A stretch of 64,000 nt of DNA from Longimicrobiales bacterium (GCA_965198065.1 CBDAON010000004.1:576001-640000), one strand, 5' to 3'; numbered from the stretch's first letter, positions 11,195 to 20,806 are shown. Numbers and translations are program-made. The notes: generated from the sequence alone by a model not told the origin.

Positions 11195-11241
11195 AAAAAT
11201 AACGACCTGACGGCCGACCGCGGACTTCGCGGTCGACCGTC
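11195..11241 (-). terminator. GC-rich hairpin with downstream T-tract
   Basis: 14-bp stem 11209-11222/11228-11241; TTATTTTT follows on minus strand after a short gap. Confidence 0.45.
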
Positions 11242-11322
11242 CAGAACATGGTCAGGCAGGGCTCGCGACGGAACCCGGAGTCGTCGGACGTTCGGCGGGG
11301 ACCGTGGGAGCGTGCGCCCGGA

Positions 11323-11946
11323 TCAGCGGGCCATCGCGGCTCGGAGCCCGTCCCGGACCGCTTCGTTGGAGGGCCGGATCGTGTAGTCCGTCTGGACGTC
11401 CATCCAGCGCACGACCCCCCCCAAGTCGATGACGTAGGCCGCCGGGTGGGGAATGGCGCCGCGCCGGCCGCCGTCCGGGTTGAGGATCCCGTATCGCCCG
11501 ATCACCGTGCTCTCAGGATCGGAAAGGAACGTGTAGTCCGGCTCCACTCCGTCGTCGCGCGCGATCCGCTGAAACGCGCGTCCGTTCTCTTCGTCCCCGT
11601 CTATCGATACGACAACGAGCTCGACCTCGGTCTTCAGGTCGTCGTCGAGCAGGTTACGCAACTCCGTGAGCTGAGTCATGCAGTACGGGCACCACCACCC
11701 GCGGTAGAAGACGAGGACGACGTACCTGGACCCCCGGAGGTCGGAAAGGGTGAACGTGTCTCCCCGGTACTGCGCGAGCGTGAAGTCGGGCGCCACCGTT
11801 CCGACGCGCACCCGTGAGATGTCCTCAGGCGAAAGATCGAATCCGTCGACGGGCCCGAGCGCCGGCTCCTGCGCCGACGCCGCAAGCGGGAAGGCGGCCG
11901 TGGTCACCGCCGCGAGCGCGCGGGACCTAATGGTCGGTAGTCGCAT
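11323..11946 (-). CDS. Exported peroxiredoxin-like (AhpC/TSA) redoxin
   Basis: Signal peptide ASA-Q; APDFTL, FYRGWWCPYC, FLSD, HPAAYVID. Confidence 0.85.
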   Translation of the reverse strand: MRLPTIRSRALAAVTTAAFPLAASAQEPALGPVDGFDLSPEDISRVRVGTVAPDFTLAQYRGDTFTLSDLRGSRYVVLVFYRGWWCPYCMTQLTELRNLLDDDLKTEVELVVVSIDGDEENGRAFQRIARDDGVEPDYTFLSDPESTVIGRYGILNPDGGRRGAIPHPAAYVIDLGGVVRWMDVQTDYTIRPSNEAVRDGLRAAMAR

Positions 11947-12117
11947 TATCGTTACCGCTCTGCTAAGGGTGGACCTGGTGTGATCGAAGGAGACGCAACG
12001 GGTCGACGCGGCCCCCGAGACTGGCGCGATGGAACCAAATCTCACCTATTCCTGTTGTCAATGGGCCCCTGACTGACGGGGCCGCGATCCGACGCGACTG
12101 TTTCACGCAATCGAGAG

Positions 12118-12141
12118 CCTGAACCTGTACCTGAACCTGTA
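12118..12141 (+). repeat. Tandem repeat (CCTGAACCTGTA)x2
   Basis: Exact 12-bp duplication ending 1 nt before the dsbD ATG. Confidence 0.8.
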
Positions 12142-12142
12142 T

Positions 12143-14410
12143 ATGATGCGGACCGGAGCCCGAAGAAGCCAGTTCGCGGTCGCCCTCGCCATCCTCCTGG
12201 CCTCGGTTCCCTTCCGAGCGGCGGGCCAGGCGCCCGTGCCGCAGCTCCCGAGCGGTGACGACCCGACCCCGAACAGCGAGATCGCGCTCCTCTCGTCGGT
12301 CGAGTCGGTCCAACCGGGGACGCCGTTCACCCTCGCGGTGCATATCGCCATTGACCCGGGATGGCACACCTATTGGATCAACGGCGGCGACGCCGGAAAC
12401 GAGCTGTTCGTCGAGTGGTCCCTTCCCGCCGGGTACACGGCCGGGCCTCTCCAGTGGCCGGTTCCGCAGCTGATCCCCGCCCCGCCCTTGATGAGCTACG
12501 GCTACCTGGGACAGGTCTTCGTTCTCGTCGAGATCACGCTGCCGGACGACGCGCCGGTTGGGGCAGACGCCGTCCTCCGCGGGAGCGCGGATTACGAGGT
12601 CTGCGCGGACATCTGTCTGATCGCGCTCCAGGACATCGAGGTGGTGCTGCCGGTTCGGTCGGGGCCGCCTGCTCCGGACGAGAACTGGGCTGCCACAGTC
12701 GCGGATACGCGGTCCCGCCTCCCCGTGCTAGCCGAGGGGTGGTCCCTTCGAGCGCGAACGAACGGCAGAGACGGGGAGGAAGCCGCTTACATTCTCGAGA
12801 TCGAGCCCACCGGAGCAGGCTCCATCCCAACACCGGGGTCCCTCCCGGAGCCACATTTCCTGGCAGACGGCGAGTTCGTCATCGAGCACGCTGCGGCGCA
12901 GGCGGTGGCAAGGGTTGGCGACAGGATCCGGCTCGTCGTTCCCCGCAACTACTTCGCCACCGACTACGAGAGTCGGATCGGCGGCCTCCTGGTCAGCGAT
13001 GTCCGATCGGCGATGCCGGTGGCGTGGTGGATCGAAGGCCCGGTGGAGCCGGGTCCGCCGACGAGCCAGGCCGGGGATGCCTTCGACGTCGCCGAGACGA
13101 TTATGACGGGGGGCGTGCCAGGCCTAGGGGAGGCGGCGGACGCGCCCGCCCAGGAGAGCGGGCCGACCATGCCCGGCGGCATGACCGGCCTGGCGGCCGC
13201 TCTCCTGTTTGCCTTCGTGGGCGGGCTCATTCTGAACCTCATGCCGTGTGTGTTCCCGGTGCTGTCGATGAAGGTGCTGGCATTCGTCGACCGAGGCGGT
13301 GAGGATCCGTCCCGCACACGGAGGCACGGGCTCGCGTTCGCAGCCGGCGTTCTCGCGTGTTTCTGGGCGCTCGCGGGAACTCTGCTACTGCTCCGCGCGG
13401 GTGGCCAAAGTCTGGGGTGGGGGTTCCAGCTCCAGTCCCCGGTGATCGTCGGGCTCCTGGCTCTCCTCCTCTTTGGGCTGGGCCTAAGCCTGAGCGGGCT
13501 CTTCGAGCTGGGGGGAGGCCTGACGCGCCTTGGTTCGGTGGGAGGGGGGCGGAGCCTCGGCGACTCGTTCCTCACCGGCGCCCTCACGGTGGTCGTCGCC
13601 ACGCCCTGTACGGCGCCGTTCATGGGCGCGGCCCTCGGCTTCGCCGTGTTGCAGCCGGCCTTCGTGGGGATGTCCGTGTTTACGGCGCTCGCGCTCGGGC
13701 TGGCGGCGCCATACGTGGTGCTCACCTCTGCTCCCCGATTGCTCGATCGTCTGCCCCGTGGGGGAGCCTGGACCGATACGGTCAAGCAGGCGCTCGCCTT
13801 TCCCATGTACGCGACGGTCGTGTGGCTGATCTGGGTGTTCGGCAATCAGGCCGGAATGGACGCCACCGGCCTCCTCCTCGTCGGCCTCATGCTCCTCGCT
13901 CTGTCCGGGTGGATCTATGGGGGAGCCACAGGCAGGTCGCCCTCGACGGTGAGGCGCGCGGCAGCCCTCTTGATCGTCTTCGCAAGTGCCGCCTTGGCGG
14001 TTCAGGGGGGTCGGACCGGCGATCCGTTGGCCGCGTCCGCTCCTCCACCCGGGGGCGTCGAATGGGAGGCATTCTCCCCGGAGCGCGTCGTAGCCCTGAG
14101 GGCAGAGGGCCAGGCCATCTTCATCGACTTCACGGCCGATTGGTGCCTGTCCTGCAAGGTGAACGAGCGCATCGCCCTGCACACGGATGCCGTCCGCTCG
14201 GCGTTCCGAGCTTCGGGACTGGCCCTCTTGGTCGCGGATTGGACCAACAGGGACCCTCAGATCGCGGACGCAATCGAAGGCTATGGACGGATCGGGTTGC
14301 CCCTCTACGTCCTCTATCCCGCCGACCCGGAGGGCACGCCGGAAATCCTTCCCGCGGTGCTCACCCCAGGCCTTCTCATCGAGGCGGTGGAGCGCGCGGC
14401 GGGCACCTGA
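12143..14410 (+). CDS. dsbD: Thiol:disulfide interchange protein DsbD/ScsB-type
   Basis: WHTYW..CADIC N-domain; LMPCVFP and ATPCTAP TM domain; FTADWCLSC thioredoxin domain. Confidence 0.92.
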   Translation: MMRTGARRSQFAVALAILLASVPFRAAGQAPVPQLPSGDDPTPNSEIALLSSVESVQPGTPFTLAVHIAIDPGWHTYWINGGDAGNELFVEWSLPAGYTAGPLQWPVPQLIPAPPLMSYGYLGQVFVLVEITLPDDAPVGADAVLRGSADYEVCADICLIALQDIEVVLPVRSGPPAPDENWAATVADTRSRLPVLAEGWSLRARTNGRDGEEAAYILEIEPTGAGSIPTPGSLPEPHFLADGEFVIEHAAAQAVARVGDRIRLVVPRNYFATDYESRIGGLLVSDVRSAMPVAWWIEGPVEPGPPTSQAGDAFDVAETIMTGGVPGLGEAADAPAQESGPTMPGGMTGLAAALLFAFVGGLILNLMPCVFPVLSMKVLAFVDRGGEDPSRTRRHGLAFAAGVLACFWALAGTLLLLRAGGQSLGWGFQLQSPVIVGLLALLLFGLGLSLSGLFELGGGLTRLGSVGGGRSLGDSFLTGALTVVVATPCTAPFMGAALGFAVLQPAFVGMSVFTALALGLAAPYVVLTSAPRLLDRLPRGGAWTDTVKQALAFPMYATVVWLIWVFGNQAGMDATGLLLVGLMLLALSGWIYGGATGRSPSTVRRAAALLIVFASAALAVQGGRTGDPLAASAPPPGGVEWEAFSPERVVALRAEGQAIFIDFTADWCLSCKVNERIALHTDAVRSAFRASGLALLVADWTNRDPQIADAIEGYGRIGLPLYVLYPADPEGTPEILPAVLTPGLLIEAVERAAGT

Positions 14411-14425
14411 GCCGGCGCTCAGCCC

Positions 14426-15481
14426 TCAATCTCCCTTGCGCCGGCTTCGGCGCGCCTCCCTGAGACGGCTCTCGGCGACCGCCGCCGCCGCCGCCGCTGG
14501 CGTCACCCCCGTCTCTCGCGCCCGCCGGAAGATCTTGGTAAGGGTGTCGTGGATGGCGATCGTCTTCTCACGGCTCCGCTCGGGGCCCCACTCCTCGATG
14601 TCCCGGTACACGTTAATGATTCCGCCCGCGTTGATCACGTAGTCGGGAGCGTAGAGGATCCCCCGCCGGGCCAGGGCGTCTGCGTGACGCTCCTCGGCCA
14701 GTTGGTTGTTCGCCGCGCCGGCTACGATCCGCACCCGGAGGACGGGGATCGTGTCGTCGTTCAGCACCGCGCCGAGCGCGCAGGGCGCGAAGACGTCGGC
14801 CTCCACCGTGTAGATCTCGCCCGGCGGCACGGCCCGGGCCCCGTGCTCCTCGACCATGCCCCGGACCCGTTCCTCGTCCACGTCCGTCACGGTGATCCGT
14901 GCCCCCGCTCGGCTGAGGTGCCCGCACAGGTACCTACCCACGTGGCCCAGGCCCTGCACGGCCACGTGCTTCCCCTCGAGCGACGGATCCCCAAACACCG
15001 CCCTCGCCGACGCCCGGATCCCCTCGAAAGTGCCGAGCGCCGTGAAGGGCGAGGGATCTCCCGCACCGTCGTGGAGCCCCGTCACGTACGGCGTCTCCAT
15101 CCGGACGAAGGCCATGTCCTCCTCGGAGGTCCCCACGTCCTCGGCCGCGTAGTAGCGTCCGCCGAGCGCGTTGATCGCCCGGCCATGGGCCCGGAACACG
15201 GCCTCCCGGTCCTTGGTCCGACTGTCCCCGATGATGACCCCCTTTCCGCCCCCCACATCGAGCCCCGCCACGGCCGCCTTCAAGGTCATCGCCCGAGAGA
15301 GCCGCAGCACGTCGGTGAGGGCCTCCTCCTCCGAGCCGTAGCTCCAGAAGCGGGTCCCGCCGAGCGCCGGTCCCAGGGACGTGTCGTGCACCGCGATGAT
15401 CCCTTGGTACCCGCTGGCCGGCTCGGACCAGTACGTCACCTGCTCGTGGCCCATCGAAGCCATGCTCTCGAAGAGCCTCAC
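14426..15481 (-). CDS. ldh: Leucine dehydrogenase (Glu/Leu/Phe/Val family)
   Basis: LGPALGGTR, GGGK, AEDVG, GDPS, GLGHVG, GAANNQL; GTG start with GGAGG. Confidence 0.92.
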   Translation of the reverse strand: MRLFESMASMGHEQVTYWSEPASGYQGIIAVHDTSLGPALGGTRFWSYGSEEEALTDVLRLSRAMTLKAAVAGLDVGGGKGVIIGDSRTKDREAVFRAHGRAINALGGRYYAAEDVGTSEEDMAFVRMETPYVTGLHDGAGDPSPFTALGTFEGIRASARAVFGDPSLEGKHVAVQGLGHVGRYLCGHLSRAGARITVTDVDEERVRGMVEEHGARAVPPGEIYTVEADVFAPCALGAVLNDDTIPVLRVRIVAGAANNQLAEERHADALARRGILYAPDYVINAGGIINVYRDIEEWGPERSREKTIAIHDTLTKIFRRARETGVTPAAAAAAVAESRLREARRSRRKGD

Positions 15482-16365
15482 CCGTCCTCCTCGACCCGGA
15501 GCGACTTCCAGTCCGGGTCCAGCCGCCCCCACGGCACCTCGGCGTCGTGCTCGAAGACGAGGAGCCAGCTCCCCTCGACGGCCCGGCGCCAATACTCGCG
15601 CTTCGTCTGTAGCGTGACGAGCGGCTCCAGGTCGTACGCCATGATCCACGGGAGCGGAATGTGGGCCGTCGTGGGACACAGGTCGGCGAGGAAGCAAGCG
15701 GTCTCGCCACCCGACTCGACGAACGCGCATTGATGGCTCGGAGTATGACCCGGCGTGACCTCGACCCGGACGCCGGGGGTGATCTCGACGTTCCCTTCCA
15801 CGAGATCCCAGAGACCGGCCTCGGTGATGGGCTCGATGTTTCTCTGGAGATAGCTCGCGCGGATCCGTTCGTTCGGCTTCTTCGAGAGCTCGAGCTCTCC
15901 CCTCTGCACGACATATCGGGCGGCCGGAAAGGCGGAGCCGACGGTGCCGTCGTCCCGCTTTAACGCCGCCCCTCCGACGTGATCGAAGTGGAGGTGAGTC
16001 TGGAGGACGATGTCCACATCGTCCGGCTGGAAGCCGGCAGCTCGGATCGCGTCCTCGAGACGCGTGGGGTCGCCCTCGTTCTCGACCCCGAAGACGTCCA
16101 TAAACTTCGCGTCTTCCTTGTTTCCGACTCCGGTGTCCACGAGGACGAGCGCGTCGGGCGCCTCGATGAGGAGGCAGCGGAGCGCCAGCGGGATCCGGTG
16201 TCGATCGTCTGGGGCGATCTTCTTCTCCCAGAGGACCCGGGGCACTACGCCGAACATGGCCCCTCCCTCCAGATGGACCCGGCCTGCGTCCAGCGCGTGG
16301 ATCCGGATGTCGCCGACCTTCCGGGTCCGCACTAACGGCGCCGAGCGTGCTTCAGGTTCCGCCAT
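15478..16365 (-). CDS. MBL-fold metallo-hydrolase (YtnP-like)
   Basis: GGAMFGVVP, THLHFDH, GHT, EHD. Confidence 0.9.
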   Translation of the reverse strand: MAEPEARSAPLVRTRKVGDIRIHALDAGRVHLEGGAMFGVVPRVLWEKKIAPDDRHRIPLALRCLLIEAPDALVLVDTGVGNKEDAKFMDVFGVENEGDPTRLEDAIRAAGFQPDDVDIVLQTHLHFDHVGGAALKRDDGTVGSAFPAARYVVQRGELELSKKPNERIRASYLQRNIEPITEAGLWDLVEGNVEITPGVRVEVTPGHTPSHQCAFVESGGETACFLADLCPTTAHIPLPWIMAYDLEPLVTLQTKREYWRRAVEGSWLLVFEHDAEVPWGRLDPDWKSLRVEEDG

Positions 16366-16386
16366 CGACCATCGCCTCCCCTGTCC

Positions 16387-17199
16387 TCAATTCTGTCCTC
16401 CATACGGAAGGTTCCGCCTCCGCCTCACGAGCGCCTCCCTCAGTGACGGGAAGTCGCGAATGCCCCGGTCCTCCGCAACCCCGAGAAGGTGCACCAGCAG
16501 CCGGGCCGTGGCGATGGCGTCGCCGAGCGCCCGATGCCGGTTCCAGATCGGAATGCCGAAGTGCCGGGCGAGCGAGTCGAGTCCGTGCCGCCGGAGGCCG
16601 GGAACGAGGAGCCGACCCAGACGGGCGGTGCAGATCCGCTCGAGCTCGGGCACGTCGCCGGCTGCGTGGAAGAGCTCGTCGCTCACGAACGCCCAGTCGA
16701 AGCGGACGTTGTGGGCCACGAACACCCGCCCCGTCAGGCGGTCCTGGACGGCTCCGGCCACCCACTCGAACAGGGGAGCGACCGCAACCATCGCGTCCGT
16801 GATCCCGGTGAACCGCTGGATCCGCTCCGGGATCGGGCGCCCCGGGTTCACGAGGGTCTCGTACGCCGTGCCCACCGCTCCCCCGTCCACGTGAACGACC
16901 CCCACCTCGATGATCCGGTCTCCCCGCGACGCCGCGCCGCCCGTGGTCTCGACGTCCACGACAGCCCACGCCACCTCGGAGAGCGCCATCCCGGGCGCGG
17001 GAGCCTCCGGAGAGACGCTCCACACCCCCGCCGGGTCCACGCGAAAGCCGTCGTCGCCTCCTAGGAGCGTGAACACGGCCTTCGAGGCCGCGCCCGCATG
17101 CCCGGTGAGGCCGAGCACCCTTCTGGCCAGGTCGAGCGTGTGCGCGGGCCCATCCTGGAGGACCCGCCTCGCCTCCTCTCTCAGCAAGTAGGCGGTCAC
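16387..17199 (-). CDS. DEDDh 3'-5' exonuclease (DNA pol III epsilon-like)
   Basis: VDVETTG, AHNVRFD, HRALGDA. Confidence 0.9.
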   Translation of the reverse strand: MTAYLLREEARRVLQDGPAHTLDLARRVLGLTGHAGAASKAVFTLLGGDDGFRVDPAGVWSVSPEAPAPGMALSEVAWAVVDVETTGGAASRGDRIIEVGVVHVDGGAVGTAYETLVNPGRPIPERIQRFTGITDAMVAVAPLFEWVAGAVQDRLTGRVFVAHNVRFDWAFVSDELFHAAGDVPELERICTARLGRLLVPGLRRHGLDSLARHFGIPIWNRHRALGDAIATARLLVHLLGVAEDRGIRDFPSLREALVRRRRNLPYGGQN

Positions 17200-17206
17200 G
17201 ACTTCC

Positions 17207-17845
17207 CTAGCGAGGGGTTAGCGCGAAGGAGAGGGACTCTAGCTCCACGGCCATGTCCACGTCGCTCACGACCACGCCCTTCGGCACGCGCAACCGGACC
17301 GGGGCGAAGTTCAGGATCCCACGCACGCCCACCCGCACGAGGGCGTCCGCTGCCTCCTGCGCGGCCACCGCCGGCACGGCCAGGATCGCGATCTCGGCCG
17401 GGCTCTCCCGAAAGACCTCGGCCATGCGGTCCGCCGACTGCACGAGCACGTCGTTCCACCGCGTGCCGATCTTTTTGGGATCGTTGTCCAGGATAGAGAC
17501 GATCTGAAAGCCCCGACCCCGGAAGTTCGGGTATTCCACGAGGGCGGCGCCGATCCGTCCCGCTCCGATCAGGGCGACCCGCCACCGGTGCGAGAGCCCG
17601 AGGATGTCCCTCAGCCGGTCCCTAAGCGGCCGGATCGCATACCCGTGCCCGCGTTTTCCGAAGGAGCCGAACAGGGAGAGGTCCTTTCGAACCTGCGGTC
17701 CCGTGGTCCCCGCGCGTTCAGCCAGGAGGCGGCTCGAGACCGTGCCCTCTCCCCCCTCCCCTCCGATCTCCTCCAGCGCCCGAACGTACAGGGACAGGCG
17801 GCGGACGGTGGACTCGGAGACCCGGCGCGGGGCGGCGGAAGGCAA
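17207..17845 (-). CDS. rex: Redox-sensing transcriptional repressor Rex
   Basis: STVRRLSLY, QVRKDLSLFG, GKRGHGY, GAGRIG, ILNFAP. Start placed at TTG 17845 because the ORF-track start (17929) lies inside the operator. Confidence 0.93.
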   Translation of the reverse strand: MPSAAPRRVSESTVRRLSLYVRALEEIGGEGGEGTVSSRLLAERAGTTGPQVRKDLSLFGSFGKRGHGYAIRPLRDRLRDILGLSHRWRVALIGAGRIGAALVEYPNFRGRGFQIVSILDNDPKKIGTRWNDVLVQSADRMAEVFRESPAEIAILAVPAVAAQEAADALVRVGVRGILNFAPVRLRVPKGVVVSDVDMAVELESLSFALTPR

Positions 17846-17913
17846 TGGGAAAGGTGGCGCGGAGCGAGCGGTCTCCGGTACTCCGGCGACTCGAGGGGCC
17901 GGCTCCGAAGTCC

Positions 17914-17931
17914 TTGTGAAATCCTTCACAA
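17914..17931. promoter_or_regulatory. Rex operator (ROP)
   Basis: TTGTGAA-ATCC-TTCACAA, perfect match to TTGTGAA-N4-TTCACAA; overlaps a TATCTT -10-like hexamer (17930-17935, minus). Confidence 0.9.
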
Positions 17932-17944
17932 GATAGCGGGAACG

Positions 17945-18766
17945 TCAGCGGGCCGGCAGGCTCCGGGTCAGGGCCACGAGCTCGGGGGGACCCACCTCCT
18001 CCGGACGGTCCGTGGCCGCCGCGCCGGCCGCCGCGAGCGCCCGCTCCACGTCCGCCGGAACGAGCCGGAGGTCCGGGTGCTCGCGCAGGATCTTTCCGAG
18101 CTGCTTCCGCCTCCACTGGAAGAGCGCTCGGGTCAGATCCCGAAGGCGCCCTTCCTCGTCCGGGGTCATCGGGGCCGGACGCATAGGCCGGATCCGGATC
18201 ACCGCCGAGTCGACCTTGGGGCGCGGCCGAAACGCGCCGGCCGGCACCATCAGCACCCGCTCCACCTCGGCCGCCGAGCGAACGCCCACCGTGAGCGCAC
18301 CGTACTCTCGCGTTCCGGGCTCGGCGAGGATCCGGTCAGCGACCTCTACCTGCACCGTGAGGAGGAGCTCGCGGGGGCGGGGCGGCCGAAGCACGTGGAA
18401 GAGGATCGGGGACGTGAGGTTGTAGGGAATGTTCCCCACCACCGAGAGCAGCTTGGCGTCCGCGGCGAGGCTCTGGAGGGAGTGGTCGAGGATATCTCCG
18501 CGGACCACCGTTATGTCGGGGCGGCCCCGATACCGATCAGTGAGGGCCCCGGCGAGCTCGTCGTCGAGCTCAACGAGAACGAGCCGACCGCCCCGGGCCC
18601 CAACGGCTTGAACAAGCCCGTCGGTGAGTGCCCCCCGGCCCGGCCCGATCTCCACGACCGTCTCGCCGGGCCGGATGTCCACGGCCTCGACGATGCGGGC
18701 GCGGAACCCCCGATCGACGAGGAAGTTCTGGCCCAACAAACGCCGGGGCCAGTGGGTCATGCGCAT
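17945..18766 (-). CDS. rsmA: 16S rRNA dimethyladenosine transferase
   Basis: GQNFL, EIGPG.G.LT, GNIPYN, F.P.PKVDS. Confidence 0.95.
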   Translation of the reverse strand: MRMTHWPRRLLGQNFLVDRGFRARIVEAVDIRPGETVVEIGPGRGALTDGLVQAVGARGGRLVLVELDDELAGALTDRYRGRPDITVVRGDILDHSLQSLAADAKLLSVVGNIPYNLTSPILFHVLRPPRPRELLLTVQVEVADRILAEPGTREYGALTVGVRSAAEVERVLMVPAGAFRPRPKVDSAVIRIRPMRPAPMTPDEEGRLRDLTRALFQWRRKQLGKILREHPDLRLVPADVERALAAAGAAATDRPEEVGPPELVALTRSLPAR

Positions 18767-18782
18767 CCCGATTGGCAGGCCG

Positions 18783-20369
18783 CTAAACTCTCAGCACGAC
18801 GGCCGTCCGGTCGTCCCTCCCCTCGAACCCGCTGCCCCCCGCCTGCAGGTCAAAGAGCGCCCGAACGACGTCCCGGACGGGGCTCTCGCGGAGCCGAGCC
18901 GCTTCCTTCACCACGCGCTCCTCGCCGGCCTTCCTAGAACCTTCGACGAGACCATCCGAAAGCCCGTCCGTGAAGAGGAGGAGAAGATCCCTATCCGGTT
19001 CCCACGGGACAGCACGCTGCCCGTACTCGACGGTGCCGCCGATGCCCATGGGGGGGTCCATGGCCTCCAGGCGCTGGACGTTCCCATCCCCCCTGATCGC
19101 AAACGCGTGGGGGTGACCCGCGTTCGCGTAAACCAGCTCCTTACGCTCCGGATCCACGACCCCGTAGAAGAGGGTGAGGTACATCTCCGTCGTCTCGAGT
19201 TCGTCCATCACGGCCTGGCTCATCCCCTCGAGCACCCTCGCGGGGGAGCGGAGCTCGGATGCGTAGATCGTAGCGGCGCTCATGGACAGGGCCATGATCA
19301 GGGCCGCGGGGAAGCCGTGGCTCGACACGTCCCCGATCATCACCCCCACCCGGTCCCCGGGGATTCTGAAGAAGTGGAAGAAATCGCCGCCCACCGATTG
19401 GGCAGGCTCGACCCTGGCAGCCACGCGGTCGGGATCGAACCCCTCCGCGGTGGGAAGGAGCTTCATCTGCAGGTCGTGGGCGAGCTCCATTTCCCTGGAG
19501 ACGCGCTCGCGCTCGAGGCTCTCCCGGATCAAGCGATTGTTCTCGAGGGCTGCTCCCACCTGGCTCGCGATAGCCGCGAGGAGCTTCTGGTCCGAGGCCG
19601 TGAAGTGACCGCCGCGGCGGCGCCCAATCAGGTTGATCACGCCCACTGTCCGTGTCTCCGCGCCGGGCGGCGTGTACCGAATCGGCACGGACAGGATGGA
19701 GTCCTCCTGCGTGGCCGGTCCCACCCCCTCCCCCTCCCCGGTTCCGAAATGCTCGCCCGTGAGGATGATCGCGCGGCCCTCGCGAAACACGCGTGCCGTC
19801 ACAGTATTCGGGTCCGTCGCCTCTAGCGGCCCCTCGAGTCCGTCTCCCCCCGCGGAGGCTACCAGGTGGAGGCGCTCCTCCCCGGGATCGAACACCCAGA
19901 GCGACCCGCGGAGCGCGCCCATGACGTCGCATAGCTCGGCGAGGATCGAGCGGGAGGCGTCCTTCAGAGGGAGGAGGGAGCCCAGGGTCTCGGAGATCGA
20001 GTAGAGGAGGTTGATCTCCTCGTACCGCTCGGACACCTCGAACGTGAAGAACCGCACTTCCTCGGAGTAGTCGAACAGATGCTCGAGCGCGGTCCTGAGC
20101 GCCACCGCCGCGGCACGAGCGGCGTCGGCCTCGCAGTTCCGGACCTCAAGAGTGATCTGGCTCCCCGCCCGCGTCGGTACGTCGAGGAGGAGCGAACCCG
20201 GAAGCGGAGCGGGGCCTTCGCCGTCCCCAGTGGAATAGACGTGCGACGCGCTCTCTCCGGAGCGGCCTCGCCAGAGGTGGAGATCGAGGGAGAAGGAGCG
20301 CCGGAACTCGTCCAGAACCTCCACCACCGCCTCGGGGAGCGACTCCCGGGCGGCCGGCTCCGGGGTCAT
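18783..20369 (-). CDS. GAF-domain PP2C/SpoIIE phosphatase (RsbU-like)
   Basis: GAF (FTASDQKLL), VGGDFF, GDVSSHG, NAGH, FTDG, DDRT. Confidence 0.9.
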   Translation of the reverse strand: MTPEPAARESLPEAVVEVLDEFRRSFSLDLHLWRGRSGESASHVYSTGDGEGPAPLPGSLLLDVPTRAGSQITLEVRNCEADAARAAAVALRTALEHLFDYSEEVRFFTFEVSERYEEINLLYSISETLGSLLPLKDASRSILAELCDVMGALRGSLWVFDPGEERLHLVASAGGDGLEGPLEATDPNTVTARVFREGRAIILTGEHFGTGEGEGVGPATQEDSILSVPIRYTPPGAETRTVGVINLIGRRRGGHFTASDQKLLAAIASQVGAALENNRLIRESLERERVSREMELAHDLQMKLLPTAEGFDPDRVAARVEPAQSVGGDFFHFFRIPGDRVGVMIGDVSSHGFPAALIMALSMSAATIYASELRSPARVLEGMSQAVMDELETTEMYLTLFYGVVDPERKELVYANAGHPHAFAIRGDGNVQRLEAMDPPMGIGGTVEYGQRAVPWEPDRDLLLLFTDGLSDGLVEGSRKAGEERVVKEAARLRESPVRDVVRALFDLQAGGSGFEGRDDRTAVVLRV

Positions 20370-20806
20370 GCCGATGCCTCTCGGGAGATCCTCTCTGGGT
20401 CGGGTAGGTGGAGAACTAACGTGACCGAGTTCCCCCGATCGTTGTAGCGGACCTCGTCCATCAGCTTCTTCATCAGGAAGAGGCCCCGGCCTTCGTCCTT
20501 CGAAACGTTGCGGGGCGTCGTAGGATCGGGCACTCGGTCGGGGTCGAACCCCGTGCCTTCGTCCGTGACCTGCGCGGTGAGCGAGCTTTCGTGGAGAAAG
20601 ACCTCGACCCGGACCCTCTTCGACGGGTCGCGGCCATTCCCGTAGATCATCGCATTTGAGAGCGCTTCGATCAGGCTGACGCGGAAGTTCAGCCGCAGCT
20701 TTCGGCCCACTTCTTCGCACGTGGAACATCGGGAGACCACGAACTCCACGGTCTCCTCGATGCACTGGAGATCATTCGGAAGCTCGAAGAGGAGTTGGCG
20801 CTCCAT
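20366..20806 (-). CDS. Anti-sigma factor Ser kinase (RsbW-like)
   Basis: EALSNA, D.G.GFD, GRGLFLM. Confidence 0.9.
   Translation of the reverse strand: MERQLLFELPNDLQCIEETVEFVVSRCSTCEEVGRKLRLNFRVSLIEALSNAMIYGNGRDPSKRVRVEVFLHESSLTAQVTDEGTGFDPDRVPDPTTPRNVSKDEGRGLFLMKKLMDEVRYNDRGNSVTLVLHLPDPERISREASA

Noticed and set aside
11186..11320. ZMP/ZTP riboswitch upstream of glyA
   Set aside because: Conserved GACUGGCG...CGCCUGGG-type pseudoknot elements not found.
11678..11700. Selenocysteine in the redoxin CxxC motif
   Set aside because: Both codons are TGC; no in-frame TGA.
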